Positions 19,208 through 28,732 of a DNA stretch of 64,000 nt are shown one piece after another (position 1 is the stretch's first letter; the number at the start of each line of letters is the position of its first letter). The DNA is taken from positions 4,762 to 68,761 of the forward strand of contig JAFXCN010000001.1 in the NCBI GenBank assembly GCA_017521465.1, written 5' to 3'. The notes under the pieces were generated by a model. The model worked only from the letters and a program-made list of their open reading frames with translations. It ran no database searches and was not told the DNA's origin. This DNA is from Clostridia bacterium (GTDB taxonomy: Bacteria; Bacillota; Clostridia; TANB77; UBA1234). A program made the position numbers and the translations under genes.

Positions 19208-19524
19208 TATGCTATTTCCTCCTTTATTAACATTATTTTAAATATTCCTGCCATATCTAAAATTCTTTTTACTTCTTTATTTGCATTAATTATTTCTGCA
19301 TCTGCACCAATTCTAAGTAAAGATTTGTATCTTCCTATTAGCAAACCTATTCCTGAACTATCCATAAATTTAACATTTTTAAAATCAAAAACAAGTTTAT
19401 TTGGTGTGTTTCTGTGTATTTCATAATCCAATTCGTTTTTCATAATTTGACATGTATGATGGTCAATTTCTCCTTCAAACTTCACATACATTTCTTTAGT
19501 ATCTTTTTGAAATTCACATATCAT
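19207..19524 (-). CDS. spoIIAA: anti-sigma F factor antagonist SpoIIAA (STAS domain)
   Basis: STAS motif FMDSSGIGLLIGRYK; start trimmed to ATG 19524 (MICEFQK...) after the GGAGG RBS. Confidence 0.8.
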   Translation of the reverse strand: MICEFQKDTKEMYVKFEGEIDHHTCQIMKNELDYEIHRNTPNKLVFDFKNVKFMDSSGIGLLIGRYKSLLRIGADAEIINANKEVKRILDMAGIFKIMLIKEEIA

Positions 19525-19659
19525 AATATTATTTCCTCCTTTGTAAGTTTTTATACATAAATTATAAAATTTTATAAATAAAAAAATTGCCGAAATGTGA
19601 AAACATTTCGACAAAAAAACGTTTGGCTTTGCGTATAAAACGCAAAGCCAAATGCTTAA

Positions 19660-20121
19660 TTAATTACCAAAAGATAACCACCATCGTTTAGTAATCAAAT
19701 TCACTTTCTCTTCTTTGAGGCTCATAATCTTTTCCCAGTTTTGAGTATATGTTTGAATTTGAGACTGCACCATGGTGTCAGATTTAAGCTCAGGGAAGAG
19801 TGCTACTCTCGCAACAGGATCTACCGCAGAAAGATCAGCATACGTTTCCTTTTCATATGCCATATATTCTTGTACGATAGTATCAATCCGCTGTTCGATT
19901 ATCGCATTTTCCTGTTCATAGAGCTGGATTTTTTGATCAATCACAAACTCTGTGTTTACGTCAGGAGCAATAAACAAAATTGCAATCAATGTCGCTATGA
20001 TTCCAAAAAATGAGATAATTCCTGCCACAAATGCAAGACCCTCACAAACGTTAAACCGGTTAAGCAGGATTTCTGCTAAAATAAGAACTACGATAAAAAC
20101 AGCCAGCAAGACATACAACAT
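19660..20121 (-). CDS. hypothetical membrane protein, tandem paralog A
   Basis: Start trimmed to ATG 20121 after GAGGAGGAAGG; N-terminal TM helix; about 45 % identity to the upstream paralog; elevated GC. Confidence 0.55.
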   Translation of the reverse strand: MLYVLLAVFIVVLILAEILLNRFNVCEGLAFVAGIISFFGIIATLIAILFIAPDVNTEFVIDQKIQLYEQENAIIEQRIDTIVQEYMAYEKETYADLSAVDPVARVALFPELKSDTMVQSQIQTYTQNWEKIMSLKEEKVNLITKRWWLSFGN

Positions 20122-20144
20122 CTTTCCTTCCTCCTCTGTTTTTC

Positions 20145-20597
20145 TTATCGACCAAAGTAAAGGACCCACTTGGCTCGAGAAACATCAATTTTCTGAGCTT
20201 TAAGTTCCAAAACCTTCTGATAATTCTCATTATACAACTTAATTTGTTCCTGGACTAAAGTATCACTCTTAAGTTCAGGATAAACTGTCAGAATAGTCAT
20301 TGCATCTCCAGAAAATTCCTGATATGTCTCTTTTTCATAGAACATATAACCATTCACAAGGCCACTGATTCTCTCTTCAATGGCTGCATTTTCCTGAGTA
20401 TGCAATTCAATCTTCTGATCAATATTATGCGCTGAAGAAAGTTCAATAATTGCGCCCACTGCAATCATTGCACAAACAACCATAATAATAATTGATATAA
20501 TCTTGATTGCACCTGCAGAAAAATACTCATCCCTATCCCAAATCGCACTCGAAATCAAAAATGCTACCAATGCTACAACAAAAGCTACCAGAACCAT
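20145..20597 (-). CDS. hypothetical membrane protein, tandem paralog B
   Basis: 150 aa; shares YEKETY, YPELKSDT-VQ-QI and similar motifs with paralog A. Confidence 0.55.
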   Translation of the reverse strand: MVLVAFVVALVAFLISSAIWDRDEYFSAGAIKIISIIIMVVCAMIAVGAIIELSSAHNIDQKIELHTQENAAIEERISGLVNGYMFYEKETYQEFSGDAMTILTVYPELKSDTLVQEQIKLYNENYQKVLELKAQKIDVSRAKWVLYFGR

Positions 20598-20751
20598 GTC
20601 ACGTCCTCCTTTGATGTTTGTTTTTGGGGTATCTATATAAAAAGCTAAACAGCAAAGTTACCTCTGCTATTTAGCTTGTGGTACATAAAAGCATATTCAG
20701 ACTACGCGATTATATCATGTTATGTAAATTGTTTCAATAGTTTTATGTAAA

Positions 20752-23373
20752 TTATTTAATTTGTGCTATTCTTTCCTCTGTTTTTGCTAATAATTCAAGA
20801 TATTTTTCCTTTTTTGCCTTTTCTTCTTCTATCTTTTGGGCTGGAGCTTTAGCTATAAAGCCTTCGTTAGATAGCATTTTTTCAACACGAGCAATTTCAT
20901 TTGTATATGTTAATTTTTCTTTTTCAAGTCTTTCTATTTCAGCTGCTATATCTACTAATTCATTAAATGGCATATATAATTCAATTCCTGGTACAGCAAG
21001 TGAAACTGCATTGTCTGGTATACCAGTTTTATCTTTTTGAATTTCTATTTTTTCTGCTCCAGCAAGTTTTTCTATAAATCCTTTACCAGCTTCGATAACT
21101 TCAGCCTTATCTGTAACAAATATCATACTAACTTTTTTAGATGGAGCAACATTCATATTAGCTCTTGTGTTTCTTACACCTTTAATTATTTCTTTAATTG
21201 TCTCAATTTCATTTTCTTCTTCTTCATAATTAGCTGCCTCATTATATTCTGGCCATTTTGAAATCATGATACTTTCTGAATCTACTTTTAATTTTGTGTA
21301 GATTTCTTCTGTTATAAATGGCATAAATGGATGTAATAATTTAAGTGAAATAACTAGCATATCATTTAATGTTGATAAAGCTTCATTTCTTGTTTCGGAT
21401 GTCATATCATAAAGTCTTGGTTTTACCATTTCGATATACCAATCACAGAATTCATCTCTTGTGAATTCTATTATTTTTTGAAGAGCTATACCAAAATCAT
21501 ATTTATCCATACATTCAGTTATTTCTTTTATAGCTTTATTAGCTTTGGTCCTAATCCATTTATCTTCTATTGTTAATTTACTTTCATCACATGTAAATTC
21601 TTCTTCACCGAAATTCATTAATACAAATCTTGAAGCATTCCACAATTTATTTGCAAAGTTTCTACCAGCTTCAATCTTTTCATCTGAATATCTCATGTCA
21701 TTACCAGCAGATGTTCCATGTACTAATGCAAATCTAAACGAATCTGCGCCATATTTATCAATTACTTCAAGTGGATCTACACCATTACCTAATGACTTAG
21801 ACATTTTTCTTCCTTGAGCATCTCTAACTAATCCATGTATTAAAACATCTTTAAATGGTACTTGATTCATATTTTCCATACTTGAGAATATCATTCTTGC
21901 AACCCAGAAGAAAATAATATCATAACCTGTAACTAATACATCTGTTGGGAAGAATTTTTTAAGTTCTGGCGTTTCATTTGGCCAGCCTAATGTTGCAAAT
22001 GGCCATAACGCTGAACTAAACCATGTATCAAGTGTATCAGGATCTTGTCTTAATGGTGCTCCACATTTTGGACATACTGTTTCTTCATTTTCACTTACTA
22101 TCATCTCACCACATGCATCACAATAGAAAGCTGGTATTCTGTGTCCCCACCATAATTGTCTAGATATACACCAATCTTTTACATTGTCCATCCAAGAGAA
22201 GTATATTTTATCAAAACGTTCTGGTACAAATTTTGTTTCGCCATTTCTTACAGCTTCATTAGCTGGTTTTGCAAGTGGTTCCATTTTTACAAACCATTGT
22301 TTTGATACAGCTGGTTCAACTGTTTGATGGCAACGATAGCATTTACCTACATTATGTGTATAATTTTCAGTTTTAACTAGAGAACCTAATTTTTCTAAAT
22401 CTTCAACAATAGCTTTTCTAGCTTCTATTCTATCCATACCTTCATACTTAGGTACCAAATTAGTCATTTTTGCATCATCAGTAAATACTTTTATAACTTC
22501 TAGATTGTGTCTTAATCCAACTTCATAGTCATTTGGATCATGTGCTGGTGTAATCTTAACAGCACCTGTACCAAATTCTTTTTCAACATAGCTATCTGCA
22601 ACGATTGGAATTTCTTTATTCATAATTGGAAGTACAACTGTTTTGCCAATTAAATGTGTGTATCTTTCATCTTCTGGATGAACCGCTACCGCTGTATCTC
22701 CAAGCATTGTTTCAGGTCTTGTTGTAGCAACAATAATTTCATCTTTTTCATCTGGAGTTTTGTAACTAATGTGCCATAAATGTCCAGCTTCTTCTTCGTA
22801 CTCAACTTCTGCATCTGAAATAGATGTCATACAAGTTGGGCACCAGTTAATCATTCTTTCACCTTTATAAATAAGTCCTTTATTATACAAGCTAACAAAA
22901 ACTCTTTTTACTGCTCTTGTTAAGTTTTCGTCCATTGTGAAACTTTCTCTAGACCAGTCACATGAAACACCCATCTTACGAAGTTGTTCTAATATTGTTC
23001 CACCATATTGTTCTTTCCAAGCCCAAGCTCTTTCTAAGAAACCTTCTCTTCCTAAATCGTCTTTTGTAATGCCTTCTTTTTTCATTTGTTCAACGATTTT
23101 TGCTTCTGTTGCTATACTTGCATGGTCAACACCTGGAACCCACAAAGTTTCAAAGCCTTGCATTCTCTTGTATCTAACAATTACGTCTTGTAATGTGTTA
23201 TCCATACCATGTCCCATATGTAAAACACCAGTTATATTTGGTGGAGGCATCATAATTGTAAAAGCAGGTTTGTCGCTATTTACATTTGCTTCAAAATATC
23301 TTTTCTCCATCCAATTTCTATAAATTCTGTCTTCAAATTCTTTTGGCTCATAAGCCTTTGCTAATAAGTTCAT
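20752..23373 (-). CDS. valS: valine--tRNA ligase
   Basis: Class I aaRS HIGH (PPNITGVLHMGH) and KMSKS motifs and a C-terminal coiled coil; start set to ATG 23373 (MNLLAK) after the AAGGAGGA RBS. Confidence 0.9.
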   Translation of the reverse strand: MNLLAKAYEPKEFEDRIYRNWMEKRYFEANVNSDKPAFTIMMPPPNITGVLHMGHGMDNTLQDVIVRYKRMQGFETLWVPGVDHASIATEAKIVEQMKKEGITKDDLGREGFLERAWAWKEQYGGTILEQLRKMGVSCDWSRESFTMDENLTRAVKRVFVSLYNKGLIYKGERMINWCPTCMTSISDAEVEYEEEAGHLWHISYKTPDEKDEIIVATTRPETMLGDTAVAVHPEDERYTHLIGKTVVLPIMNKEIPIVADSYVEKEFGTGAVKITPAHDPNDYEVGLRHNLEVIKVFTDDAKMTNLVPKYEGMDRIEARKAIVEDLEKLGSLVKTENYTHNVGKCYRCHQTVEPAVSKQWFVKMEPLAKPANEAVRNGETKFVPERFDKIYFSWMDNVKDWCISRQLWWGHRIPAFYCDACGEMIVSENEETVCPKCGAPLRQDPDTLDTWFSSALWPFATLGWPNETPELKKFFPTDVLVTGYDIIFFWVARMIFSSMENMNQVPFKDVLIHGLVRDAQGRKMSKSLGNGVDPLEVIDKYGADSFRFALVHGTSAGNDMRYSDEKIEAGRNFANKLWNASRFVLMNFGEEEFTCDESKLTIEDKWIRTKANKAIKEITECMDKYDFGIALQKIIEFTRDEFCDWYIEMVKPRLYDMTSETRNEALSTLNDMLVISLKLLHPFMPFITEEIYTKLKVDSESIMISKWPEYNEAANYEEEENEIETIKEIIKGVRNTRANMNVAPSKKVSMIFVTDKAEVIEAGKGFIEKLAGAEKIEIQKDKTGIPDNAVSLAVPGIELYMPFNELVDIAAEIERLEKEKLTYTNEIARVEKMLSNEGFIAKAPAQKIEEEKAKKEKYLELLAKTEERIAQIK

Positions 23374-23389
23374 TTTTATCCTCCTTAAA

Positions 23390-23575
23390 TTATTTAACAT
23401 TTATAAATACGAGCATTCCAAATATAAATATTAATAATGCTCCAAAAATTTTTATGCCTAATGTAATTTTATTTTCATCAGCTGATGAAAAATTTTTCTT
23501 AGTAATTCTTCTTGCATCAAACACAAATATAAGTCCGACGAGTACTCCCACCGCTGATATCAAATTAATCCACAT
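23390..23575 (-). CDS. possible small 2-TM membrane protein (about 61 aa) between the T-box terminator and valS
   Basis: Hydrophobic ORF MWINLISAVGVLVGLIFVF...; SD-like AAGGTGA upstream; the upstream part of six-frame ORF 23390..23656 is the T-box terminator, so only the distal part can be coding. Confidence 0.3.
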   Translation of the reverse strand: MWINLISAVGVLVGLIFVFDARRITKKNFSSADENKITLGIKIFGALLIFIFGMLVFINVK

Positions 23576-23602
23576 AAACATCACCTTACTTTCTAATGTA
23601 CC

Positions 23603-23863
23603 AAAAAACAAAAAGAGCAAATACATCCAAAAAGGACGATTTGCTCGTGGTACCACCTTAATTTATAACAACCTTTTGATTGTTATCTCATTTTATTTAA
23701 CGCATACATACGGCCACACTTACTGCTACTTCAGCATAGCAACTCCCAAGCTACCTTCAATTATTCAAGTTGAGAAAGGCTTTCAGCTGGTAACCTTTCA
23801 TCTCTTTCAACTCTAGCAATCTACTCCTCTTGATCATCGTTTTTCAATATATGACAAATTATA
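23603..23863 (-). promoter_or_regulatory. T-box riboswitch leader of valS (valine specifier) with promoter and terminator
   Basis: Minus-strand TTGACA(23881-86) -17- TATAAT(23858-63); stem I with AGAGA motif and a GUU-A specifier; T-box sequence AATTAAGGTGGTACCACGAG (23644-23663); terminator GAGCAAAT...ATTTGCTC plus T-run. Confidence 0.8.
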
Positions 23864-23951
23864 TCCTAGTTCTAGCAAGATGTCAACATAAATTTGAGTA
23901 TCATAGCAAGTAAGTGTAACACAGTTCAAAAGCGGCAAACAAGTTTGCCGC

Positions 23952-24052
23952 AGTGAAAAGCTAATAGTGAATAGTGAAAAGTATTAATAAGTGACAGATT
24001 AAAGCCACTTTTGTACTATTCACTTTTCTCTATTCATTCTTCATTATTCACT
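23952..24052. repeat. inverted pair of TATTCACT clusters around a GCGGCAAACAAGTTTGCCGC hairpin
   Basis: AGTGAATAGTGAAAAGT (23952-23982) faces ACTATTCACTTTTCTCTATTCATTCTTCATTATTCACT (24013-24052). Confidence 0.65.
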
Positions 24053-24063
24053 AAGTTTTTCCC

Positions 24064-24092
24064 TTGTATTTTTTACTACTTCATGTTAAAAT
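24064..24092 (+). promoter_or_regulatory. coaD promoter (TTGTAT -17- TGtTAAAAT extended -10)
   Basis: Sequence motifs with correct spacing 22 nt upstream of the coaD ATG. Confidence 0.55.
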
Positions 24093-24114
24093 CTTACTGC
24101 AAGGAGGGATGTTT

Positions 24115-24576
24115 ATGAATACTGCATTTTACGCAGGGAGTTTTGACCCATTTACTATTGGTCATTTGCATGTTTTGCTTAAGGCTGTTCAGCTGTTTGA
24201 TAAAGTAATTATCGGTATTGGTGTGCATCCTACAAAAAAACGTAGATTTGATTCAAACGTTATGAAAGATGCAATTGAAACTTTAATTAAAGAAAGAAAC
24301 TTAACTAATGTTTCTGTTATTTGCTATGATAATCTTACTGTTGATGTCGCCAAAGAACACGGCGCAAATTTTCTTATAAGAGGTATTCGTAACGGTACGG
24401 ATTATGAATATGAAGAAAATATTGCAACTGTCAACGAACAAATTTCTGGTATTGATACAATTTATGTTAGAGCTGGCAGTCATGGTTTTATAAGTTCTAG
24501 CATGGTAATGGAACTTCTTAACCACGGACATGATGTTTCTAAATATTTGCCAGAAGAAATATTCAGATTAATTTAA
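24115..24576 (+). CDS. coaD: phosphopantetheine adenylyltransferase
   Basis: AGSFDPFTIGHLHV nucleotidyltransferase signature; start at ATG 24115 after GGAGGG. Confidence 0.85.
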   Translation: MNTAFYAGSFDPFTIGHLHVLLKAVQLFDKVIIGIGVHPTKKRRFDSNVMKDAIETLIKERNLTNVSVICYDNLTVDVAKEHGANFLIRGIRNGTDYEYEENIATVNEQISGIDTIYVRAGSHGFISSSMVMELLNHGHDVSKYLPEEIFRLI

Positions 24577-24625
24577 TTTTCAACTCAAAAAAGCCCTCAT
24601 CAATGATGGTTTTTTGAGTTTGTTT

Positions 24626-24663
24626 AGAAGAAAACACCCCTACGATATTGTATCGTAGGGGTG
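24626..24663 (-). terminator. terminator of helD (13-bp stem CACCCCTACGATA/TATCGTAGGGGTG)
   Basis: Perfect hairpin followed by a T-rich tract on the minus strand. Confidence 0.7.
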
Positions 24664-24673
24664 TTGGTTGATA

Positions 24674-26803
24674 TTACCGAAGCCACTTGGTAAGGGGGTT
24701 CACATAATAGATATCGAGGGTATGCATAGCACGTGTAATGGCAACATACAAGAGCTTTGCATGAAGGGTATCTTCACCATAGCAAGTTTCATCCGCATCC
24801 ACCAAAAGAACAGAATCAAATTCAAGTCCTTTGGAAAGATATACCGGCAAAACTGTAATACCCGCTAGATATCTATCGGTCGAATTATCAATCAAATTCA
24901 CTGCATCAAATTGGTTTTTAAGACGACTATACACTTTTTGGGCGCGTTCATCATCTTTGGCAATAACTGCAATGTTTTTGCGATTTTCCTTTTGCAGTTC
25001 TTTGATTCTAGCTACAATCAGATTGATTTCGCATTCTTGGCTATCAGCATTAATGTAATTGACTTTCTCGCCATGACGAAGCACGGATTTAGCAAGAGAA
25101 ATTCCAAGTTGCGAACGCATTTTTTCAGCAACTTTATTTGCTTCTTCCATTACTTCTACACTTGTACGATAGCTCTGAACGAGAGGAATAAATTCAGCAT
25201 TTCCTTCAAACACTTCTGCATTAAGCTTATTCCAATCATCAATTCCACGGTAAGAATAAATGCCTTGAGCAATATCGCCAAGAATAGTCATCGTACTATT
25301 CTTAAACATCTTCCGAAGTACATAGAAATGGAATACGCCCAAATCTTGTGCTTCATCGACTACAATATGCTTAAGATCACTTTGAATTTTTTCACCAAAG
25401 AAACGATGATACATCAACAGCAAAGCAGGCATATCTTCATAAGAGATTTTCTTTTGCTTCAGTTTGCTAGCAAAAGAATCTTTCATAAACTTATATTGTG
25501 CAGGAGTCAAATATTCAGAAAAATATTCCTTTTGTGTCAGAAGTAACTTCATATGACTCAGCACATCTTTAAGTTTAAACAGCTGAAGATAGCTACTAAC
25601 CAGCTTTTTACCTTCTTTTTTCGCTTTTTCACATACATCGCTGGTAATATTGGGATTGAAGGAATATGCCCCAGTCTCATAAATCTGAGCAAGTTCCTTA
25701 ATAGTCTTCAGCAAAAAATTCTTTACTTTCTGAATTCGTTCACTGGTACTCAACATGTCAGCATACTGAGTAAACATTCTCTTTATAGATTCTTTATTTA
25801 CAACTACATGGCCATCAATCGAGAAATCCTCAATTTGATCTGCAATAGCTTTCTCAAAATTTTCAAGATACTTCTCAACAATTTGAGCAAAAATCATGCT
25901 AGTTTTAAATCCCATGACGGTTTGCTCATCAACCAATGCAGAAGAATCAATAACTCTTTTAAGGTCTTCATTGTAAGGTACTACCTGAACATTGCTATCC
26001 AGAATTCCCAGTCCGAAATCCTCATATGTTTCCTGCTGAATGTTTTCAACACCCAAATCAGGCAAAGTATCAGAAATATAGTCCAGGAAAAACTTGTTCG
26101 GAGCAAGAATCAGAATTTTTTCAGTCGTAAGCTGCTTAGCATACGTATAGATCAAGTATGCAATTCGGTGCAAAGCAACGGTCGTCTTGCCGCTACCCGC
26201 AACACCCTGAACAATCACATTCTTTTTAAGTTCTTTACGAATTACAGCATTCTGTTCTGCTTGAATCGTAGCAACGATATTCCTCAGACGCACATCAGAT
26301 GCTTCCGCAAGACTTACCCGAAGCAATTCATCATTCGAACAAATATCCATGTCAGCATACGAAATAAGAATTCTATCCTTAATATCAAACTGACGCTTGA
26401 GTAGAATATTTCCTTCAATAGTACCATCAGGACATTCATAGCTTGCTGGTCCAATGTTGCCATCATAGTAAAGAGAAGAAAGCGGAGCTCTCCAATCCAA
26501 AACCATGATATCTGCACCATTAAACACTGTATGCTTTCCAATATAATACCTTTCTACACCACTAGTTTTCTCAAAATCAATTCGAGCAAAATATGGAGTT
26601 GCCGAAACCTTTTTCAACCCCTTTTGCTGCTCATTAAGCATGTTATAGAGATTCTCTGCAACCTCCCGGCTTGCAGAACATTCCCAAACAGTTCTACGCC
26701 TTTCTTCAATTTCTTCAAGATTCTTGTCAATTTGGGTCGCAACAGCGGCTAGCATATCCCGTTCAAGCGGATAGTCATTATTAGAGACAGGAGACATAGT
26801 CAT
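24674..26803 (-). CDS. helD: DNA helicase IV / HelD-type UvrD-family helicase (RNAP-associated)
   Basis: 709 aa; HelD-type N-terminal YFARIDF...YIGK...DWRAP...LYY signature and Walker A VQGVAGSGKTTVALHR; GC about 40 %. Confidence 0.8.
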   Translation of the reverse strand: MTMSPVSNNDYPLERDMLAAVATQIDKNLEEIEERRRTVWECSASREVAENLYNMLNEQQKGLKKVSATPYFARIDFEKTSGVERYYIGKHTVFNGADIMVLDWRAPLSSLYYDGNIGPASYECPDGTIEGNILLKRQFDIKDRILISYADMDICSNDELLRVSLAEASDVRLRNIVATIQAEQNAVIRKELKKNVIVQGVAGSGKTTVALHRIAYLIYTYAKQLTTEKILILAPNKFFLDYISDTLPDLGVENIQQETYEDFGLGILDSNVQVVPYNEDLKRVIDSSALVDEQTVMGFKTSMIFAQIVEKYLENFEKAIADQIEDFSIDGHVVVNKESIKRMFTQYADMLSTSERIQKVKNFLLKTIKELAQIYETGAYSFNPNITSDVCEKAKKEGKKLVSSYLQLFKLKDVLSHMKLLLTQKEYFSEYLTPAQYKFMKDSFASKLKQKKISYEDMPALLLMYHRFFGEKIQSDLKHIVVDEAQDLGVFHFYVLRKMFKNSTMTILGDIAQGIYSYRGIDDWNKLNAEVFEGNAEFIPLVQSYRTSVEVMEEANKVAEKMRSQLGISLAKSVLRHGEKVNYINADSQECEINLIVARIKELQKENRKNIAVIAKDDERAQKVYSRLKNQFDAVNLIDNSTDRYLAGITVLPVYLSKGLEFDSVLLVDADETCYGEDTLHAKLLYVAITRAMHTLDIYYVNPLTKWLR

Positions 26804-26941
26804 GTAGTTTCTCCCCTTTCACATTTTAATTCCTGTACAATTCTATCATTTTCAACTTATTATGTCAAGTTATTGGGCTGATTTTTACTTTACACTTTCA
26901 TAAAAAGTAGAAGCATGAATCTCTTCATACTTCTACTCTTT

Positions 26942-27682
26942 TTACATTAATATCATACCTTCAATTGCTACTTCTACATCTTCAAAAATTTCTTTTGCCT
27001 CACTCAAGTATTTATTTACATCTTCTTCAGGCCAAAAATGTGTCAAAACAAGTTTACCAACTTCTGCTTCTTTTGCTATAGTCGCAGCTTGATGTGCAGT
27101 CAAATGAGAATTAATTTTAGGAAAACCATGTTCCTTTAGTAAACTCGATTCACTAATAAGCACATTTGCATATTTAGCAAAATCAACAAGTTGTTCTCTT
27201 GAAATAAAAGAAACATCCGATGTGTATACAATAGTGTTTCTACCATCAGTAACCTTTACAGCGTATGTTTCAACTGCGTGTTCAACCAACAAAAAAGTTA
27301 TTTCTAATTCACCAATATGCACCTTAGTATTTGACTTAATTTTATGATATTTCGTATATGAATTACTTTCGCTTATAATATCTCCATATATTCTTTGAGG
27401 AGACATTGGTAAATATATCTCCACTGGATTTTCAAGTCTCTTTTGATTATGAAAAACATATGATGCATATTGAATATTGAAAATATCGTTATAATGATCA
27501 CGATGCAAATGAGTCAAAAACACATGCAAATTATTCAAATCATTTGGGAAATCTAGCATCCTATGAGTGCCACTACCACAGTCAAGCATAATCCTATGTT
27601 GCCCACTTTCAATTAGAAAACCAGGGCAATTATGATTTTCAGTAACATAAGGTGATTGAGTGCCTAGCACTTTAATCCGCAT
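26942..27682 (-). CDS. MBL-fold metallo-hydrolase
   Basis: 246 aa; THLHRDH motif. Confidence 0.75.
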   Translation of the reverse strand: MRIKVLGTQSPYVTENHNCPGFLIESGQHRIMLDCGSGTHRMLDFPNDLNNLHVFLTHLHRDHYNDIFNIQYASYVFHNQKRLENPVEIYLPMSPQRIYGDIISESNSYTKYHKIKSNTKVHIGELEITFLLVEHAVETYAVKVTDGRNTIVYTSDVSFISREQLVDFAKYANVLISESSLLKEHGFPKINSHLTAHQAATIAKEAEVGKLVLTHFWPEEDVNKYLSEAKEIFEDVEVAIEGMILM

Positions 27683-28259
27683 TATTTTTTCCTCCTAGTT
27701 TAAAGGTTTCTAGCATTTTATTTAATGCTTCACTAGAATAATCATTAAAAAACACATAGTCAAAGCTATACGGTGAATAATCAATACTTGCAGAATCACG
27801 ACTATCAAAATACTCCTCAGAAATATTATCTCGTGCAACAACAACTTGCTTTCTTTTAGTGATATCTGCTTCGACTAAAACCTTAATATCGCACAACTCC
27901 CAATACTTAGTCTTAGGGAGTAAAATCCAATCAATAACGACAGGTTTTGTTGCCCTTTGAATATGAGAATCAATAGTACGCTCCATATACTGCCAGGTTA
28001 AATCATTTAAAATCTCCATTTTAGACTTATCATTAAAAACAATCTTACCAAGCTTTTTTCTATCGATTTTTCCATCAAACCCTAAAATTTCCTTACCAAA
28101 ATTTTGGCAAAGTCCGTGAATAACGTCTTCTTGAATAAGCGAATCGTGGCCAATTTCATCAACATCAATATAAGTGCAATCATGAATAGCAGCAACATAT
28201 CTAGCAAATGTAGACTTACCGCTACCTGACTTACCTGTCACACAAATCAAAAAAGACAT
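27672..28259 (-). CDS. P-loop nucleotide kinase (dephospho-CoA kinase-like)
   Basis: Walker A VTGKSGSGKST; start set to ATG 28259 (MSFLICVTG...). Confidence 0.6.
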   Translation of the reverse strand: MSFLICVTGKSGSGKSTFARYVAAIHDCTYIDVDEIGHDSLIQEDVIHGLCQNFGKEILGFDGKIDRKKLGKIVFNDKSKMEILNDLTWQYMERTIDSHIQRATKPVVIDWILLPKTKYWELCDIKVLVEADITKRKQVVVARDNISEEYFDSRDSASIDYSPYSFDYVFFNDYSSEALNKMLETFKLGGKNNAD

Positions 28260-28351
28260 AAATTCCACACCTTTCACAAAAAAATCATCAAAGAGATTAT
28301 ACAATCAACTGTAGCTTTTGTAAAGGTTCTACGTGTTGCAGTTTGTTTTCT

Positions 28352-28402
28352 GGCGAAAAGTGGCCGGGCAAAAAGGTCACATTTCCGGCGAAAAGTGGCC
28401 GC
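28352..28402. repeat. two direct copies of GGCGAAAAGTGGCCG (iteron-like) in the 60 % GC islet
   Basis: 28352-28366 and 28388-28402, 36-bp periodicity. Confidence 0.7.
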
Positions 28403-28412
28403 GCTAAAATAG

Positions 28413-28447
28413 GACAAAAAAAACCCCAGGCACCCGCCTGAGGGATG
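28413..28447 (-). terminator. rho-independent terminator of the 77-aa gene
   Basis: CCTCAGGCGGGTGCCTGGGG stem followed by T8 on the minus strand. Confidence 0.6.
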
Positions 28448-28490
28448 AACCCGCCTCCGCAAATGAGACTTCGGCAGGTTTTTGGGAAGA

Positions 28491-28724
28491 TTAGTGGTGG
28501 AAGCTACGCCACCACTGTGCCAGCTTGCGCTCATCGGGCATCCGACCGCCGACCTTGGCCTGGTGAGCGGAGATCTCGCTCACAGCCTCTTCGAACGGCC
28601 TCCCGGCCTGGTGGTAGGTCTTCATCAGACCTTTCACCTCCCGGTCGTTGAAACGACCAGAGGCGAAGCGCTCAGCCTCGCGGGCCTGCTGGAGAATCGT
28701 GGTTTCCTTAACGATATTGTACAT
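28491..28724 (-). CDS. 77-aa ribbon-helix-helix-like DNA-binding protein encoded in a 60 % GC islet
   Basis: RBS GGGAGG 8 nt upstream; N-terminus KETTILQQAREAERFASGRF resembles the ParD/CopG RHH beta-strand plus ASGRY helix; composition foreign to the genome. Confidence 0.55.
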   Translation of the reverse strand: MYNIVKETTILQQAREAERFASGRFNDREVKGLMKTYHQAGRPFEEAVSEISAHQAKVGGRMPDERKLAQWWRSFHH

Positions 28725-28732
28725 GTTGTCTA

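Noticed and set aside
23390-23656. Six-frame 88-aa ORF upstream of valS
   Set aside because: Its 5' third coincides with the T-box sequence and terminator hairpin of the valS leader. Only the distal 61 codons could be coding, and they were kept as a low-confidence small ORF.
24911-26404. Long plus-strand ORFs of 211 and 283 aa antisense to helD
   Set aside because: They are entirely embedded antisense in the helicase gene, which has clear Walker and HelD motifs. They show low-complexity Phe/Ile/Asn-rich translation and no RBS.
24674-28259. Gabija or Hachiman-like defence system (UvrD-family helicase plus nuclease-like MBL protein)
   Set aside because: The helicase N-terminus carries HelD hallmarks and the MBL protein lacks an OLD/TOPRIM or HamA-like domain. 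It was recorded only as a composition anomaly.
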